Part shown: piece by piece, positions 11,214-21,462 of the stretch | Position numbering within the stretch: position 1 is the stretch's first letter | Layout of the letters: each line of letters opens with the position of its first letter | Assembly: GCA_965226495.1 (NCBI GenBank) | Contig: OZ245365.1 | Coordinates: 1,536,001-1,600,000, forward strand | DNA length: 64,000 nt | Direction of reading: 5' to 3' | Source of the DNA: Candidatus Marinacidobacterales bacterium | GTDB lineage: Bacteria; Acidobacteriota; Vicinamibacteria; Marinacidobacterales; DATDRI01 | The notes under the pieces: model-generated | Told to the model about the DNA's origin: nothing | Databases searched by the model: none | Seen by the model: only the letters and a program-made list of their open reading frames with translations | Position numbers and translations under genes: made by a program

Positions 11214-13295
11214 ATGACAGGGAAAACCGTAGTAGGGATGATCGTCCTAATTGGAGTCTCATGTGCAGGGGGCCGAGTAGAAGCGTTGTCGAACAAGAAG
11301 ATGATCGGAGAGCTAGAGCGTCTCGGCAAGGACGGCCGGGATTGGTTAGTTTTGGGTGCCGAAGCGGGCGGTTTTGACGATCTGAGCCTCGAGCAGAAGA
11401 AGCTCGCTTATTACCTTTATCGGGCGGCGATTGCGGGTAACGACATTTTCTATCGGCAAAACCATCGGTACGCCCTCGAGATCAAAGATCTGTTGGAAGC
11501 GCTCCACCTGTATTCAGCGGGCCTTGACGCAGAAGCTGCCTATGCGGTCCATGATTATTTGAAGTACATCTGGATCCATGATTATTTGAAGTACATCTGG
11601 ATCAACCACGGTCAGTACGATGCAATCGAAGGTACGAAGGTTGTTCCTAATGAGCTCACTCCGGAGATGCTCTCCCGGGCGGCGGAGTACGCTCAGGACC
11701 TAGGCGCGACGCTCCATTTCCCGCGCGAAGAGACACTTCGAGGCAAGCTAGCGCGGCTTGAGCGTTCCATCTTTGATGCGAGCTATGAGCCCGTTCTCAC
11801 CGAGCAGGGTCATGGTAAGGACATCATCGCCGAGAGTGCGGTGAACTTCTGGGATCCAGACATTACGTCCAAAGACATGGAACCCGTTCTCGACTTCTGG
11901 AAAAAGAAGCTCAACGTGCGTTTCGCGATGGAAGAGGACGGAAGAGTCGCGCCCCAGGAGTATCGGATTGGAGGTCTCTTCGACCGGGATCTCCAAACCA
12001 TCAGCTACTTTCTCCGCAAGGCTCTGCCTCTCGCGGAGAGTGAGAAGCAAAGATCGGGTCTGAAGGCTCTGTTGGGCTACTACCAGACCGGCGACGAGGC
12101 TCTCTTCCGCGAGTACAGCGTCCACTGGTTGAAGTCGGAGACAGTCGTCGACTATTTGAACGGTTTCGTCGAACAGTACACCGATCCTCGCGGAATCATC
12201 GGCGCCTTCGAGGCGAATGTAAGCTTCTTAGCCGACTCGGAGCTGATAGGGAGGTTGGCCGTCAGCGCGCAGTATTTCGAGGACCGCATGCCGTGGCCCG
12301 ACGAGTACAGACGCGAGAAAGTCCATCCGCCGGTGGCCAACGTGGTGAAGGTGATCGTCGAGACGGGGGACAGCGGGCCGTACAGTCCCGCTGCTTATAA
12401 CCTTCCAAACTATGCTGACATCCGCCGCGACCACGGAAGCAAGAATATCATCCTGCTCAACATCGAGACCGCTGATTCCCAAGGTATCCGCGAGGCGACT
12501 ATCGAGGGCTTCTACCTGCCTGAAGTACAAGACGTGTATCGAAAATATGGTGCCGTGGGTCGAGCTTGGGAAGTTTATATGCACGAAGTGATCGGTCACG
12601 GCTCGGGCAAACCGGATCCGTCCTTGTCTGAGGACCCCCGTACGGTGCTCGGCCGTGCGTATTCGGCGCTGGAAGAATGCCGCGCCGATCTAGTCGCTCT
12701 GTATCATGTCCTCGATCCCAAGCTCGTCGAGATCGGAGCGTTCACCGCTGAAGAGCAGCGGGATGTCGCTCTCGCCATGTATCAAGGCTACCTTCAGAGA
12801 CATTTGAACGGTTATCGACGCTACGAAGACGACACGGTGCGAGAGGCACACGACAAAGGTCGGCAGCTGGTGCTGATGTACTTACACTCGGGTGGTGAAT
12901 CGGGAGACCGCGACTTCGGTGTGAGAGTCGTGGAGCGTGGCGGGGATTTCTTCGTAAAGATCTCAGACATCGACGCTGCCCGGAAGGGTGTCGGAGAGCT
13001 TCTCGGCCGCCTCCAGGTGATCAAGTCGAGAGGCGATAGTGAGGGGGCCAACTGGCTCTTCGATCGCTTCGGGACGAAGCTCGACGTGGAATGGCGGGAC
13101 AATGTCAAGGCCCGCGCTGCCAAGTTGAAGCTGCCCAACGGGACGGCGTTCGTATTCCCACAACTGATTCCCGTTGCGGGCGGGAAAGACGGGAAGGAGA
13201 TCGTGGACGTTCGTCTGGTCTACGAGGAGGATTTGACGGCGCAACAGCTTCGATGGTCTCGCCTTGCCGGCGTCGCCGACGAGTGGACGTATTAG
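11214..13295 (+). CDS. Dipeptidyl-peptidase III (peptidase M49), exported
   Basis: HEVIGHGSG (HEXXGH), LEECRADL, NLPN; N-terminal signal/lipobox. Confidence 0.88.
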   Translation: MTGKTVVGMIVLIGVSCAGGRVEALSNKKMIGELERLGKDGRDWLVLGAEAGGFDDLSLEQKKLAYYLYRAAIAGNDIFYRQNHRYALEIKDLLEALHLYSAGLDAEAAYAVHDYLKYIWIHDYLKYIWINHGQYDAIEGTKVVPNELTPEMLSRAAEYAQDLGATLHFPREETLRGKLARLERSIFDASYEPVLTEQGHGKDIIAESAVNFWDPDITSKDMEPVLDFWKKKLNVRFAMEEDGRVAPQEYRIGGLFDRDLQTISYFLRKALPLAESEKQRSGLKALLGYYQTGDEALFREYSVHWLKSETVVDYLNGFVEQYTDPRGIIGAFEANVSFLADSELIGRLAVSAQYFEDRMPWPDEYRREKVHPPVANVVKVIVETGDSGPYSPAAYNLPNYADIRRDHGSKNIILLNIETADSQGIREATIEGFYLPEVQDVYRKYGAVGRAWEVYMHEVIGHGSGKPDPSLSEDPRTVLGRAYSALEECRADLVALYHVLDPKLVEIGAFTAEEQRDVALAMYQGYLQRHLNGYRRYEDDTVREAHDKGRQLVLMYLHSGGESGDRDFGVRVVERGGDFFVKISDIDAARKGVGELLGRLQVIKSRGDSEGANWLFDRFGTKLDVEWRDNVKARAAKLKLPNGTAFVFPQLIPVAGGKDGKEIVDVRLVYEEDLTAQQLRWSRLAGVADEWTY
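11548..11603 (+). repeat. Exact 27-bp in-frame tandem duplication (HDYLKYIWI x2)
   Basis: TCCATGATTATTTGAAGTACATCTGGA occurs twice. Confidence 0.92.
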
Positions 13296-13314
13296 AAGCT
13301 CTTCATCCTTCAAT

Positions 13315-13346
13315 CCCTCTCGCTTGGGAGAGGGCCTGGGTGAGGG
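13315..13346. repeat. REP-like palindrome family 2 between convergent genes
   Basis: CCCTCTC-GCTTGG-GAGAGGG-CCTGGGTGAGGG. Confidence 0.55.
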
Positions 13347-13357
13347 CCCAACCATAC

Positions 13358-14992
13358 CTACGGTGTGCGTTGTTTTTCTCTCGTCGCTCGGAACTCGCTC
13401 TTCTCGCTCCACTCCGGCCACTCCGTGCCGGTGGCCAGCTCGTATCCCATGAGGTAGAAGAGCTCCAGATCTTCGACCGCTCCGGACAGATCCCAGTAGT
13501 CCTTCACCTCGTCCGAGGGCTTGTGGTAGTCCTCGTTTGTGTACTTCTTCCTCATCTCGATGCCCCAGCCCTCCGGCTGGTTGATAAACTCGATGCCTGC
13601 GTTAGGGTAAAAAGAGGGGATCCCGACTTTCGCGAGCTCGAAGTGATCGGACCGGTAGTAAGAGCCCTTTTCCGGCTCCGGGTCCGGTCGCAAGATGCGG
13701 CCCTGTTGTGAAGCGAGCTTGGTCGCGAGGCCGTCCAGCGCCGATTGCCCCATTCCCACGACGGTTACATCCCGTGTCGGTCCCAGCAGGTTGAGGCCAT
13801 CCATGTTGATGACCGCGACCGTGTCCTTGGGCGGATAAAGCGGATTGCGACCGTAGTATAGCGAGCCAAGGAGGCCCCGTTCTTCCGCGGTCACCGCCAG
13901 AAAGAGGACGCTCCGAGCAGGGGGCTCGTCGAGTCTTCCGAACGCCTGGGCGATCTCCAGTAGGCCCGCGGTTCCGCTGGCGTTATCGTGGGCACCGTTA
14001 AAGATGTTGTCACCGTCGAGCTCGGGATCGATCCCCATGTGATCCCAGTGGGCGGTGTAGATGATCCATTCGTCGGGCGACCGCTGGCCTTGAAGCTTCG
14101 CCACGACGTTGGCAGACTCGATCTCCCGGATCGAATTCTCCAGCGCAGCGCTCATGATCGCTCCTAGCGGGACCGGCTCAAAGGAACGATCCATGGCCGC
14201 CTGCTTCATCTCGTCGAAATCCAGTCCCGCCATTTCAAAGATCCGTCGAATGGCATCGATGCGGATCCACCCTTCTGCACCTAGTAGGTGTCTTTCCTCG
14301 CCCGAGGTTGCCAGAACGAATTGCTGCTCGGCACCCCAGCCGGAAATCACCTCCCAGGGATAGCCGGCGGGTTCGGTCTCGTGGATCACGAAAGCTCCGG
14401 CCGCACCGAGCTCCGCTGCGGTCTCGAGCTTGTAGGTCCAGCGACCGTAATAGGTCATTGCCTTACCGCCAAAGATATCTTCGCCGGGCGGGTCATTGAC
14501 CAACGCGATGAGGATCTTGCCGCGCACGTCGAAGCCCTTGAAGTCGTCCCACTGGTACTCGGGAGCCGAGACGCCGTAGCCCACGAAGACGAGCTCGCCT
14601 TCCACTTCGACACGCTCTTCCACGCGTCGAGTGCGGGCGGCAATGTCTACCTTCTGTTCGAGCTCAAACACTGAGGTTCCCTTCTTCACCACGACAGGGT
14701 TCAACTCGGTTGGAGTCAAGCTCACCAGCGGGACTTGCTGAATGAAGGCGCCATTGGGATTGCCGGGACCTAGACCGAATGAGCGAAAGCTGTCGATGAG
14801 ATACTCGACGGTCTTCTCCTCACCCGGCGAGCCGGGAGCTCGCCCCTCGAACGCATCCGAGGAGAGGAGCTGGATCCGGTTCATAAGGGACTCGGCGTTG
14901 ATCGCATCGGGATGCGACTCTTGGGGGGATTCTTGACAAGCGACGGCGATGACGCCGAGGGAAAGGCAGACCAAGGTGGTCAAGGTGCGCAT
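13358..14992 (-). CDS. M28 family metallopeptidase lipoprotein with PA domain
   Basis: Lipobox AVAC; TAHWDH, GAHDNASG, TAEERGLLGS, INMD, RSDH, DYHKPSD. Confidence 0.92.
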   Translation of the reverse strand: MRTLTTLVCLSLGVIAVACQESPQESHPDAINAESLMNRIQLLSSDAFEGRAPGSPGEEKTVEYLIDSFRSFGLGPGNPNGAFIQQVPLVSLTPTELNPVVVKKGTSVFELEQKVDIAARTRRVEERVEVEGELVFVGYGVSAPEYQWDDFKGFDVRGKILIALVNDPPGEDIFGGKAMTYYGRWTYKLETAAELGAAGAFVIHETEPAGYPWEVISGWGAEQQFVLATSGEERHLLGAEGWIRIDAIRRIFEMAGLDFDEMKQAAMDRSFEPVPLGAIMSAALENSIREIESANVVAKLQGQRSPDEWIIYTAHWDHMGIDPELDGDNIFNGAHDNASGTAGLLEIAQAFGRLDEPPARSVLFLAVTAEERGLLGSLYYGRNPLYPPKDTVAVINMDGLNLLGPTRDVTVVGMGQSALDGLATKLASQQGRILRPDPEPEKGSYYRSDHFELAKVGIPSFYPNAGIEFINQPEGWGIEMRKKYTNEDYHKPSDEVKDYWDLSGAVEDLELFYLMGYELATGTEWPEWSEKSEFRATREKQRTP

Positions 14993-15126
14993 TTCTCAAA
15001 CCTCCGATTCGATTCCCCATCCTATCACTTGCGACGGGCCCCTTGAGGGGAGTGAACCACTTGGGGGAGGGTAGCGATGACAGAGGCCAAAAAGGGATAA
15101 GCTATCAATTGGTGGCCAGACGGCGG

Positions 15127-15321
15127 GTGAGGGTTCTGAAACACACACGGGAAGGTCTCGCACGAAGCACTACGGAGCTCGGGCTGAAGCTCGACTCGAA
15201 AGCCTTGGAAGCCTTGTTTCGCCGGTTGCATTCATTGAGCGAGGCTCTCGATGTGTTAGAGGAACTCGTCGAGCCAGCCCTCGAGCCGTTTCCGACCGTG
15301 ACACTGCCCGAGGACGAGTAG
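15127..15321 (+). CDS. Small GatC/AtzG-like partner protein upstream of amidase
   Basis: LARSTTELGLKLDSKALEALFRRLHSLSEALDVLEEL..EP; stop lies 2 nt before the amidase ATG; start uncertain. Confidence 0.5.
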   Translation: MRVLKHTREGLARSTTELGLKLDSKALEALFRRLHSLSEALDVLEELVEPALEPFPTVTLPEDE

Positions 15322-15323
15322 CA

Positions 15324-16730
15324 ATGGTAGCCGATGAGCTATCATTTTGCTCGCTTTCTGAGATAAGCGCACTCATTCGCCGCAAGGAAGTCTCGGTTCA
15401 GGAACTAGTGGACCAACAGCTGACCCGGCTCAAGTCCCTGGAACCGCGTTTGAACGCATTCATCACCGTGACCGAGGAGGAAGCCCGCGGCGCTGCCAAG
15501 GACGCCGATCGAAAACTGGCGCGTGGTGAACCGGCGGGGCCCCTGCATGGAGTCCCCATGACCCTCAAGGATCTTCTTTGGACACGGGGGGTCCCCACGA
15601 CATCAGGCTCCAAGGTTTCCGCCGACTTCGTACCCCAAGAGGACGCCACTACCGTGGCTCGGCTGCGCGAAGCGGGCGCCGTGTTCTTGGGTAAGACCAA
15701 CTTACACGAGTTTGCCTACGGCATCTCGAACGTCAACCCTCACTTCGGTCCAGTGCACAATCCGTGGGACGAGGAACGCATCAGCGGGGGCTCGAGCGGC
15801 GGTTCGGCGGCCAGCCTCGCGGCGGGAATCGGCTATGGATCGGTCGGGACCGACACCGGTGGTTCGATACGCATACCCTCATCGCTTTGCGGGACGGTAG
15901 GGCTGAAGCCTACTTACGGGTTGGTGAGTCGTTACGGCGTAACGCCGCTCGCGTGGAGCCTAGACCATGTCGGACCCATGGCTCGCAGCGTGAGGGATGT
16001 CGCGATCCTCTTCGACGTTCTCGCTGGGTACGATCCGAAGGACCCCACCTCGCGAAAGGGAAAGCTCGCCTCGGTAAGTAGCGGGCTCGATGAAATCCCT
16101 TCGGGACTTCTAATGGCCATACACCCCGGTTACTTCTTCGAAGACCTGGACCCTCGAGTGCGGAAGCTGGTCGAAGCCGCGGTCGAGGATCTCGAGAAGT
16201 TGGGGCTCGAGCGCGTCGAAGTTTCGATTCCGGAAATCGAGCACCAGGGCACTTGTCGAAATGTTATTACCTTTGCAGAGGCGGCTTCGTACCATGAGCC
16301 GTCGCTTCGAGGGCGGCCCGAGGATTACGGGCCGGCCACGAGAGAGTTGCTGGAGATCGGCTTGCTGGTGCGGGCCACTGAGTATCTGACCGCGCAACGT
16401 GCGCGCAGGCGAATCGTCGAAGCGTTCAGCGAGGCGTTTCAGGGATTCGATGTCCTCGTCTCTCCAACCGTTCCTGTTCCGGCGCCTCGGATCGGGGAGG
16501 AGCTACTAGCAAATGGCGAGAAGCTGCGCCCCGGGCTTCTACGGTTACCAACTCCGTTCAATACGACTGGCTTTCCCGCCATTTCGGTTCCCTGCGGCTT
16601 CACAGCGGAAGGCCTACCGGTAGGCCTCCAGTTGGCGGCCCGCCCATTTCACGAGAAGCGCTTGCTACAAGTTGCTTACGCCTACGAGAAGTCGCATCCA
16701 TGGGTGGATAGGCATCCGGGCTCGAGCTAG
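15324..16730 (+). CDS. Amidase signature family enzyme (GatA/AtzE-like)
   Basis: GPLHGVPMTLKD, GKTNLHEFA, GGSSGGSAA, GTDTGGSIRIP. Confidence 0.92.
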   Translation: MVADELSFCSLSEISALIRRKEVSVQELVDQQLTRLKSLEPRLNAFITVTEEEARGAAKDADRKLARGEPAGPLHGVPMTLKDLLWTRGVPTTSGSKVSADFVPQEDATTVARLREAGAVFLGKTNLHEFAYGISNVNPHFGPVHNPWDEERISGGSSGGSAASLAAGIGYGSVGTDTGGSIRIPSSLCGTVGLKPTYGLVSRYGVTPLAWSLDHVGPMARSVRDVAILFDVLAGYDPKDPTSRKGKLASVSSGLDEIPSGLLMAIHPGYFFEDLDPRVRKLVEAAVEDLEKLGLERVEVSIPEIEHQGTCRNVITFAEAASYHEPSLRGRPEDYGPATRELLEIGLLVRATEYLTAQRARRRIVEAFSEAFQGFDVLVSPTVPVPAPRIGEELLANGEKLRPGLLRLPTPFNTTGFPAISVPCGFTAEGLPVGLQLAARPFHEKRLLQVAYAYEKSHPWVDRHPGSS

Positions 16731-16793
16731 GACGAGCCTATCGAGAAGACGCAGCCCGGGTTGCGGTGATAAGCTTCGCGGCTGGAGGTGAAG

Positions 16794-17591
16794 ATGCTCC
16801 TTGAGGGCAAAAAAGGTCTGGTAGTTGGGATCGCGAACAAAAGGTCTCTCGCTTGGGGGATTGCCAAGTCGGCTTCGCGAGAGGGGGCCCGCTTGGCAGT
16901 CACTTACCAAGGCGAAAGGTTGGAAAAGAACGTTCGCAAGTTGGCAGAAGAACTGAACGAACCGGTCATCCTCCCTTGCGACGTCACGCGGGATGAGGAA
17001 ATGGACTCCCTGGCGGCGACCATAAAAAACGAGTGGGGTGGTTTGGATTTCGTCATCCACGCGGTGGCGTTTGCGTTGCGGGAGGAGTTGGACGGGGAGT
17101 ATCTCGACACGTCACGGGAAGGCTACCGCGTCGCACAAGACGTCTCGGCCTATTCTCTCGTCGCTCTCGCGCGCCGCATGGCGCCCTTGATGGAGACGGA
17201 AGGTCGAGGGGGGAGCATCGTAACCCTGACCTATTTGGGAGGGCCGCGCGTTGTCCCCCATTACAACGTTATGGGGGTGGCGAAGGCGGCGCTCGAGGCG
17301 TCGGTGCGCTATCTGGCCGCCGACTTGGGGCCTCGCGGTGTTCGTGTGAACGCTATCTCCGCGGGCCCGGTCAAGACGATCGCCGCCTCGGGGGTGCACG
17401 GTGTTTCGAAGATGCTCGAGTACCATCGGAGTCATGCTCCGATGCGGAAGAACACCGAGCAGGGTGAAGTAGGGGACGCGGCGGTTTTTTTGGTGTCAGA
17501 GCTATCGCGTGGCGTCACCGGCGACGTGCTGTACGTGGATGGTGGATTTCATATCATGGCAATGACCGACCTCGGGCGCTCGCAGTCTTGA
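16794..17591 (+). CDS. fabI: Enoyl-ACP reductase
   Basis: GIANKRSLAWGIA, YNVMGVAKAALE, NAISAGPVKT. Confidence 0.95.
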   Translation: MLLEGKKGLVVGIANKRSLAWGIAKSASREGARLAVTYQGERLEKNVRKLAEELNEPVILPCDVTRDEEMDSLAATIKNEWGGLDFVIHAVAFALREELDGEYLDTSREGYRVAQDVSAYSLVALARRMAPLMETEGRGGSIVTLTYLGGPRVVPHYNVMGVAKAALEASVRYLAADLGPRGVRVNAISAGPVKTIAASGVHGVSKMLEYHRSHAPMRKNTEQGEVGDAAVFLVSELSRGVTGDVLYVDGGFHIMAMTDLGRSQS

Positions 17592-17607
17592 TTCGGAAAG
17601 GGGAGCA

Positions 17608-18909
17608 ATGATGTCAACCCGTACGACAAGTTTCCTACTGGTCGCTTGTGTTTCGGGGCCCATCGCCCTCGGAGCGTGTACAGGGGGCGACGCTGCCTCG
17701 CCTTCAACCCCGCTCGAGCGGGCCCGAGCTTTACACGGTCGGGTGCCTCTCATCGACGGGCACAACGATTTGCCATGGCAATACCGTCAGCAGTTCCAAC
17801 GAGCGGTGGCACGGCTCGATATCGCACAGCCTCAACCCCAACTGATGACGGATATCCCGCGATTGCGTGAAGGCGGAGTCGGGGCGCAGTTCTGGTCGGT
17901 TTATGTACCGACTAGCCTGGACGGAGGGGATGCGGTGCTCGCGACCCTCGAGCAGATCGACGTGGTCTACCAAATGATTCTCCGTTACCCGGATACTTTC
18001 GAGCTCGCCTTGACCGCGAATGAAGTAGAAGCAGCGTTCCGTGACGGGAAAATCGCCTCGTTGATCGGAATGGAGGGTGGTCATTCCATTAACAACTCTT
18101 TGGCCGCGCTTCGCATGTTCCACAAACTCGGGGCGCGTTACATGACGCTGGCCCACAGCGCGAACACGCCTTGGGCAGACTCGGCCACCGATGAGGCGCG
18201 CCTGGACGGACTCTCGGCCTTTGGCAGGGAAGTAGTCCGGGAGATGAACTGGTTGGGGATGCTGGTAGACCTCTCTCACGTTTCGCCGGCCACCATGCAT
18301 GACGCGTTGGACGTCTCCGAGGCGCCTATCATCTATAGTCATTCTTCGGCGCGCGCGATCACCGGTCATCCTCGAAACGTGCCCGATGATGTCCTGAGTC
18401 GGCTTCCGGACAATGGTGGCGTGGTCATGGTTACCTTCGTATCGAGCTTCATTTCGGTGGAAGCGTTCGAGCATCGTCGTGCCGGTGACGCGGAGCGGGG
18501 GCGGTTGCGCGGCTTGCCGGGAAGCACGGAAGACTTGGTACGGGTAGCGATGGAGCAATGGACCGAGGCCAACCCTGCTCCGCGAGGGACGGTTTCCCTG
18601 GTGGCGGATCATATAGACCACATACGCGAGGTAGCAGGCATCGATCACATCGGAATCGGTTCTGATTACGATGGCACGACCTATGTGGCGGAAGGCCTCG
18701 AGGATGTTTCAAAGTTGCCGACACTTACCGCGGAGCTCTTGGAAAGAGGTTACTCGGATCAGGACGTCATGAAGGTACTCGGACTCAATGTCCTTAGAGT
18801 GATGCGTAGCGTGGAAGGTGTTGCCGAACGGCTGCAACGGGAACGCGGTCCGTCGGAAGCGCTCATCGAAGAGGTCGACGGCGCGGGCCCTCCTCGCTCG
18901 GGGAGTTAA
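17608..18909 (+). CDS. Membrane dipeptidase (M19) lipoprotein
   Basis: IDGHNDLP, GAQFWSVY, GMEGGH, DLSH, SHSS, GIGSDYDG; lipobox LGAC. Confidence 0.92.
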   Translation: MMSTRTTSFLLVACVSGPIALGACTGGDAASPSTPLERARALHGRVPLIDGHNDLPWQYRQQFQRAVARLDIAQPQPQLMTDIPRLREGGVGAQFWSVYVPTSLDGGDAVLATLEQIDVVYQMILRYPDTFELALTANEVEAAFRDGKIASLIGMEGGHSINNSLAALRMFHKLGARYMTLAHSANTPWADSATDEARLDGLSAFGREVVREMNWLGMLVDLSHVSPATMHDALDVSEAPIIYSHSSARAITGHPRNVPDDVLSRLPDNGGVVMVTFVSSFISVEAFEHRRAGDAERGRLRGLPGSTEDLVRVAMEQWTEANPAPRGTVSLVADHIDHIREVAGIDHIGIGSDYDGTTYVAEGLEDVSKLPTLTAELLERGYSDQDVMKVLGLNVLRVMRSVEGVAERLQRERGPSEALIEEVDGAGPPRSGS

Positions 18910-19030
18910 TGAACTACCGGATCGGGGGGGCACTCGTTGGGTTGCTCCTACTCTGGTCCTCGCTCGGTCTTGGCCCATCCCTAGGTTTTGGTGAAGCTCG
19001 GGAATTCACGGAATCGGTTGGGGAACACTA

Positions 19031-20128
19031 ATGCGAGTCGCCGCTCTGGTCGCGGCTCTTCTCTCCGTCGGATGCACGGCCGCGGAGGAACTCTCTCTCG
19101 ATCGAATCAAGCTCCCGCCCGGATTCGAGATTCATCTCTACGCGACAGGGGTTCCCAATGCCCGCTCGATGGCTCTTGGGCCCAACGGCACCCTGTTCGT
19201 GGGCACGATGGACGAAGGCAATGTCTATGCGGTCCTCGACCAAGACCAAGACGGCAGCGCCGACAAGATCATCACTCTCATCGAAGAGTGGAACATGCCC
19301 AACGGGGTGGCGATTCGGGAGGGGGCGCTGTATGTCGCGGCAGTGAATCGGGTCGTCCGTTTCGATAACATCGAGTCACATCTGGAAGATCTTCCCACTC
19401 CGGTTGTGATTCGCGACGATTTGCCTCAAGACGAGTCCCATGGTTGGAAGTTCATCGCTTTCGGGCCGGACGGCAAACTCTACGTGCCGGTAGGCGCACC
19501 CTGTAACATCTGCGAGCGAGACGATGAACGCTATGCCTCGATTCTTCAGATGAATCCTGACGGGACGGACCTGCAAGTCTATGCGCGGGGCGTGCGGAAC
19601 ACCGTCGGATTCTCCTGGCACCCCGAGACCGAAGAGCTGTGGTTCACTGACAATGGCCGAGACCAGTTGGGAGATGATATTCCTCCCGACGAGCTCAACC
19701 ACGCCCCTGCTCCAGGGCTACATTTTGGCTTTCCCTATTGTCATGGCGGCAAATTTCTCGACCCAAAGTTCGGAGGCGATCGAGCCTGCGATGAGTTCGT
19801 GCCGCCGGCGAAGGCGCTCGGCCCTCACGTCGCGGCGCTTGGCATGCGTTTCTACACCGGGTCGATGTTTCCTGAGACATATCGAGGCCAGATTTTCTTC
19901 GCCGAGCACGGGTCGTGGAATCGAAGCAACAAGATCGGTTACCGGGTGATGCGCGTGGAGCTGGATGGAGATCAGCCGGTAAGCTACGAAACCTTCGCCG
20001 AAGGCTGGCTGCAGGGCGAAGAGGCCTGGGGCCGACCAGTCGATGTCCTAGTCATGCCGGATGGGGCGCTTCTCGTTTCTGATGACGAAGCCGGTGTTAT
20101 CTACCGGATTGTATACAAGGCTTCCTGA
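19031..20128 (+). CDS. Sorbosone / PQQ-dependent soluble sugar dehydrogenase family lipoprotein
   Basis: HGWKFIAFGPDGKLYVPVGAPCNIC, GVRNTVG, TDNGRD, EHGSWNR, GRPVDV. Confidence 0.88.
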   Translation: MRVAALVAALLSVGCTAAEELSLDRIKLPPGFEIHLYATGVPNARSMALGPNGTLFVGTMDEGNVYAVLDQDQDGSADKIITLIEEWNMPNGVAIREGALYVAAVNRVVRFDNIESHLEDLPTPVVIRDDLPQDESHGWKFIAFGPDGKLYVPVGAPCNICERDDERYASILQMNPDGTDLQVYARGVRNTVGFSWHPETEELWFTDNGRDQLGDDIPPDELNHAPAPGLHFGFPYCHGGKFLDPKFGGDRACDEFVPPAKALGPHVAALGMRFYTGSMFPETYRGQIFFAEHGSWNRSNKIGYRVMRVELDGDQPVSYETFAEGWLQGEEAWGRPVDVLVMPDGALLVSDDEAGVIYRIVYKAS

Positions 20129-20191
20129 GAATCCTTCAGCCAATTCGTTTCCAGCGAGTGGATCGATCTACAATGGGGCGAGGACACATCA

Positions 20192-21427
20192 ATGGGGGCG
20201 CGGGAGAGAAATCTCATCTATGACTGGAACCGCGAGGGGACGGCGCCCCCCGAGTTGTCGAAAACGATCGAATTCGATGATGAAACCCTGAGGGATGGGC
20301 TCCAGAGCCCTTCGGTCATTTCTCCTCCCATCGAGAAGAAACTCGAGATCCTCCATCTCATTAACGAGCTCGGGATCCACTCTGCCGACATCGGTCTTCC
20401 CGGCGCCGGTCCGCATGTTCAAGAGCAAGTCCTGCGTTTGGCGAAAGAGATCGCGGATCAGAAGCTTTCGGTCGCACCTAACTGCGCAGCGCGCACTCTA
20501 AAGTCTGATATCGAACCCATCATCGAGATCTCGCAAAGGGTTGGGTTGCCGATCGAGTGCGGCACGTTCATTGGCTCCAGTCCGATTCGACAGTACGCTG
20601 AAGATTGGGAGCTCGATCGGTTACTCAAGCACACTCGGGATGCGGTGACCTACGTCGTTGAGAACAATCTCTCTGTTATGTATGTCACAGAGGACACGAC
20701 TCGCGCCCGCCCGGAGACGCTGCGAAAGCTCTACACGACTGCTATCGAGTGTGGCGCTCGGCGTATTTGTCTCTGCGATACGGTCGGGCACGCTACTCCG
20801 GAAGGTGCGTGCAACCTCGTCAATTTCATCAAGGGAGTTGTCGCTGACACTGGTGAGCCCGTCAAGATCGACTGGCACGGGCATCGGGACCGCGGGCTGG
20901 ACATACCGAACACCCTGGCCGCCATCGAGGCCGGCGTGGATCGCGTGCACGGATGCGCCCTCGGACTCGGTGAGCGATGTGGTAACACTTCGATGGATCT
21001 CCTTCTGGTGAACCTCAAGCTGATGGGCATTATCGACAACGATCTTAGGCGGCTTCCCGATTACTGCCGGACCGTTTCCGAGGCGACCGGGATCCCTATC
21101 CCCGTCGGCTACCCGGTCGTCGGTTCCGATGCATTTCGCACCGGTACGGGCGTTCACGCCGCGGCCGTCATCAAGGCTTTCAAGAAGAAGGATACCTGGC
21201 TAGCCGACCGCGTGTACTCGGGCGTGCCGGCAGGAGAGTTCGGCCTACGGCAGAAGATCGAGGTCGGCCCGATGTGCGGTGTGTCGAACGTGCAATTCTG
21301 GCTGGCCTCACGAGGTCTGCCGGTGAAAGACGAACTGGTCCAGGCCATCTTTCAAGCAGCGAAAAAATCCGAGCGAGTGCTCGAGGACTCCGAGGTCGAG
21401 GCCGTCGTCCGACAATACATCGACTGA
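20192..21427 (+). CDS. LeuA-family (DRE-TIM) synthase lacking the C-terminal regulatory domain
   Basis: DETLRDGLQS, CDTVG, WHGHRDRG, GLGERCGN, GVHAA. Confidence 0.85.
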   Translation: MGARERNLIYDWNREGTAPPELSKTIEFDDETLRDGLQSPSVISPPIEKKLEILHLINELGIHSADIGLPGAGPHVQEQVLRLAKEIADQKLSVAPNCAARTLKSDIEPIIEISQRVGLPIECGTFIGSSPIRQYAEDWELDRLLKHTRDAVTYVVENNLSVMYVTEDTTRARPETLRKLYTTAIECGARRICLCDTVGHATPEGACNLVNFIKGVVADTGEPVKIDWHGHRDRGLDIPNTLAAIEAGVDRVHGCALGLGERCGNTSMDLLLVNLKLMGIIDNDLRRLPDYCRTVSEATGIPIPVGYPVVGSDAFRTGTGVHAAAVIKAFKKKDTWLADRVYSGVPAGEFGLRQKIEVGPMCGVSNVQFWLASRGLPVKDELVQAIFQAAKKSERVLEDSEVEAVVRQYID

Positions 21428-21462
21428 GCCAGACCGATCCCACGGAGGCATCCCCTCACACC

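Noticed and set aside
15324-16730. Calling the amidase gatA
   Set aside because: No gatB is adjacent and the sequence lacks GatA-specific features such as the SNLARYDG region; left as a generic amidase.
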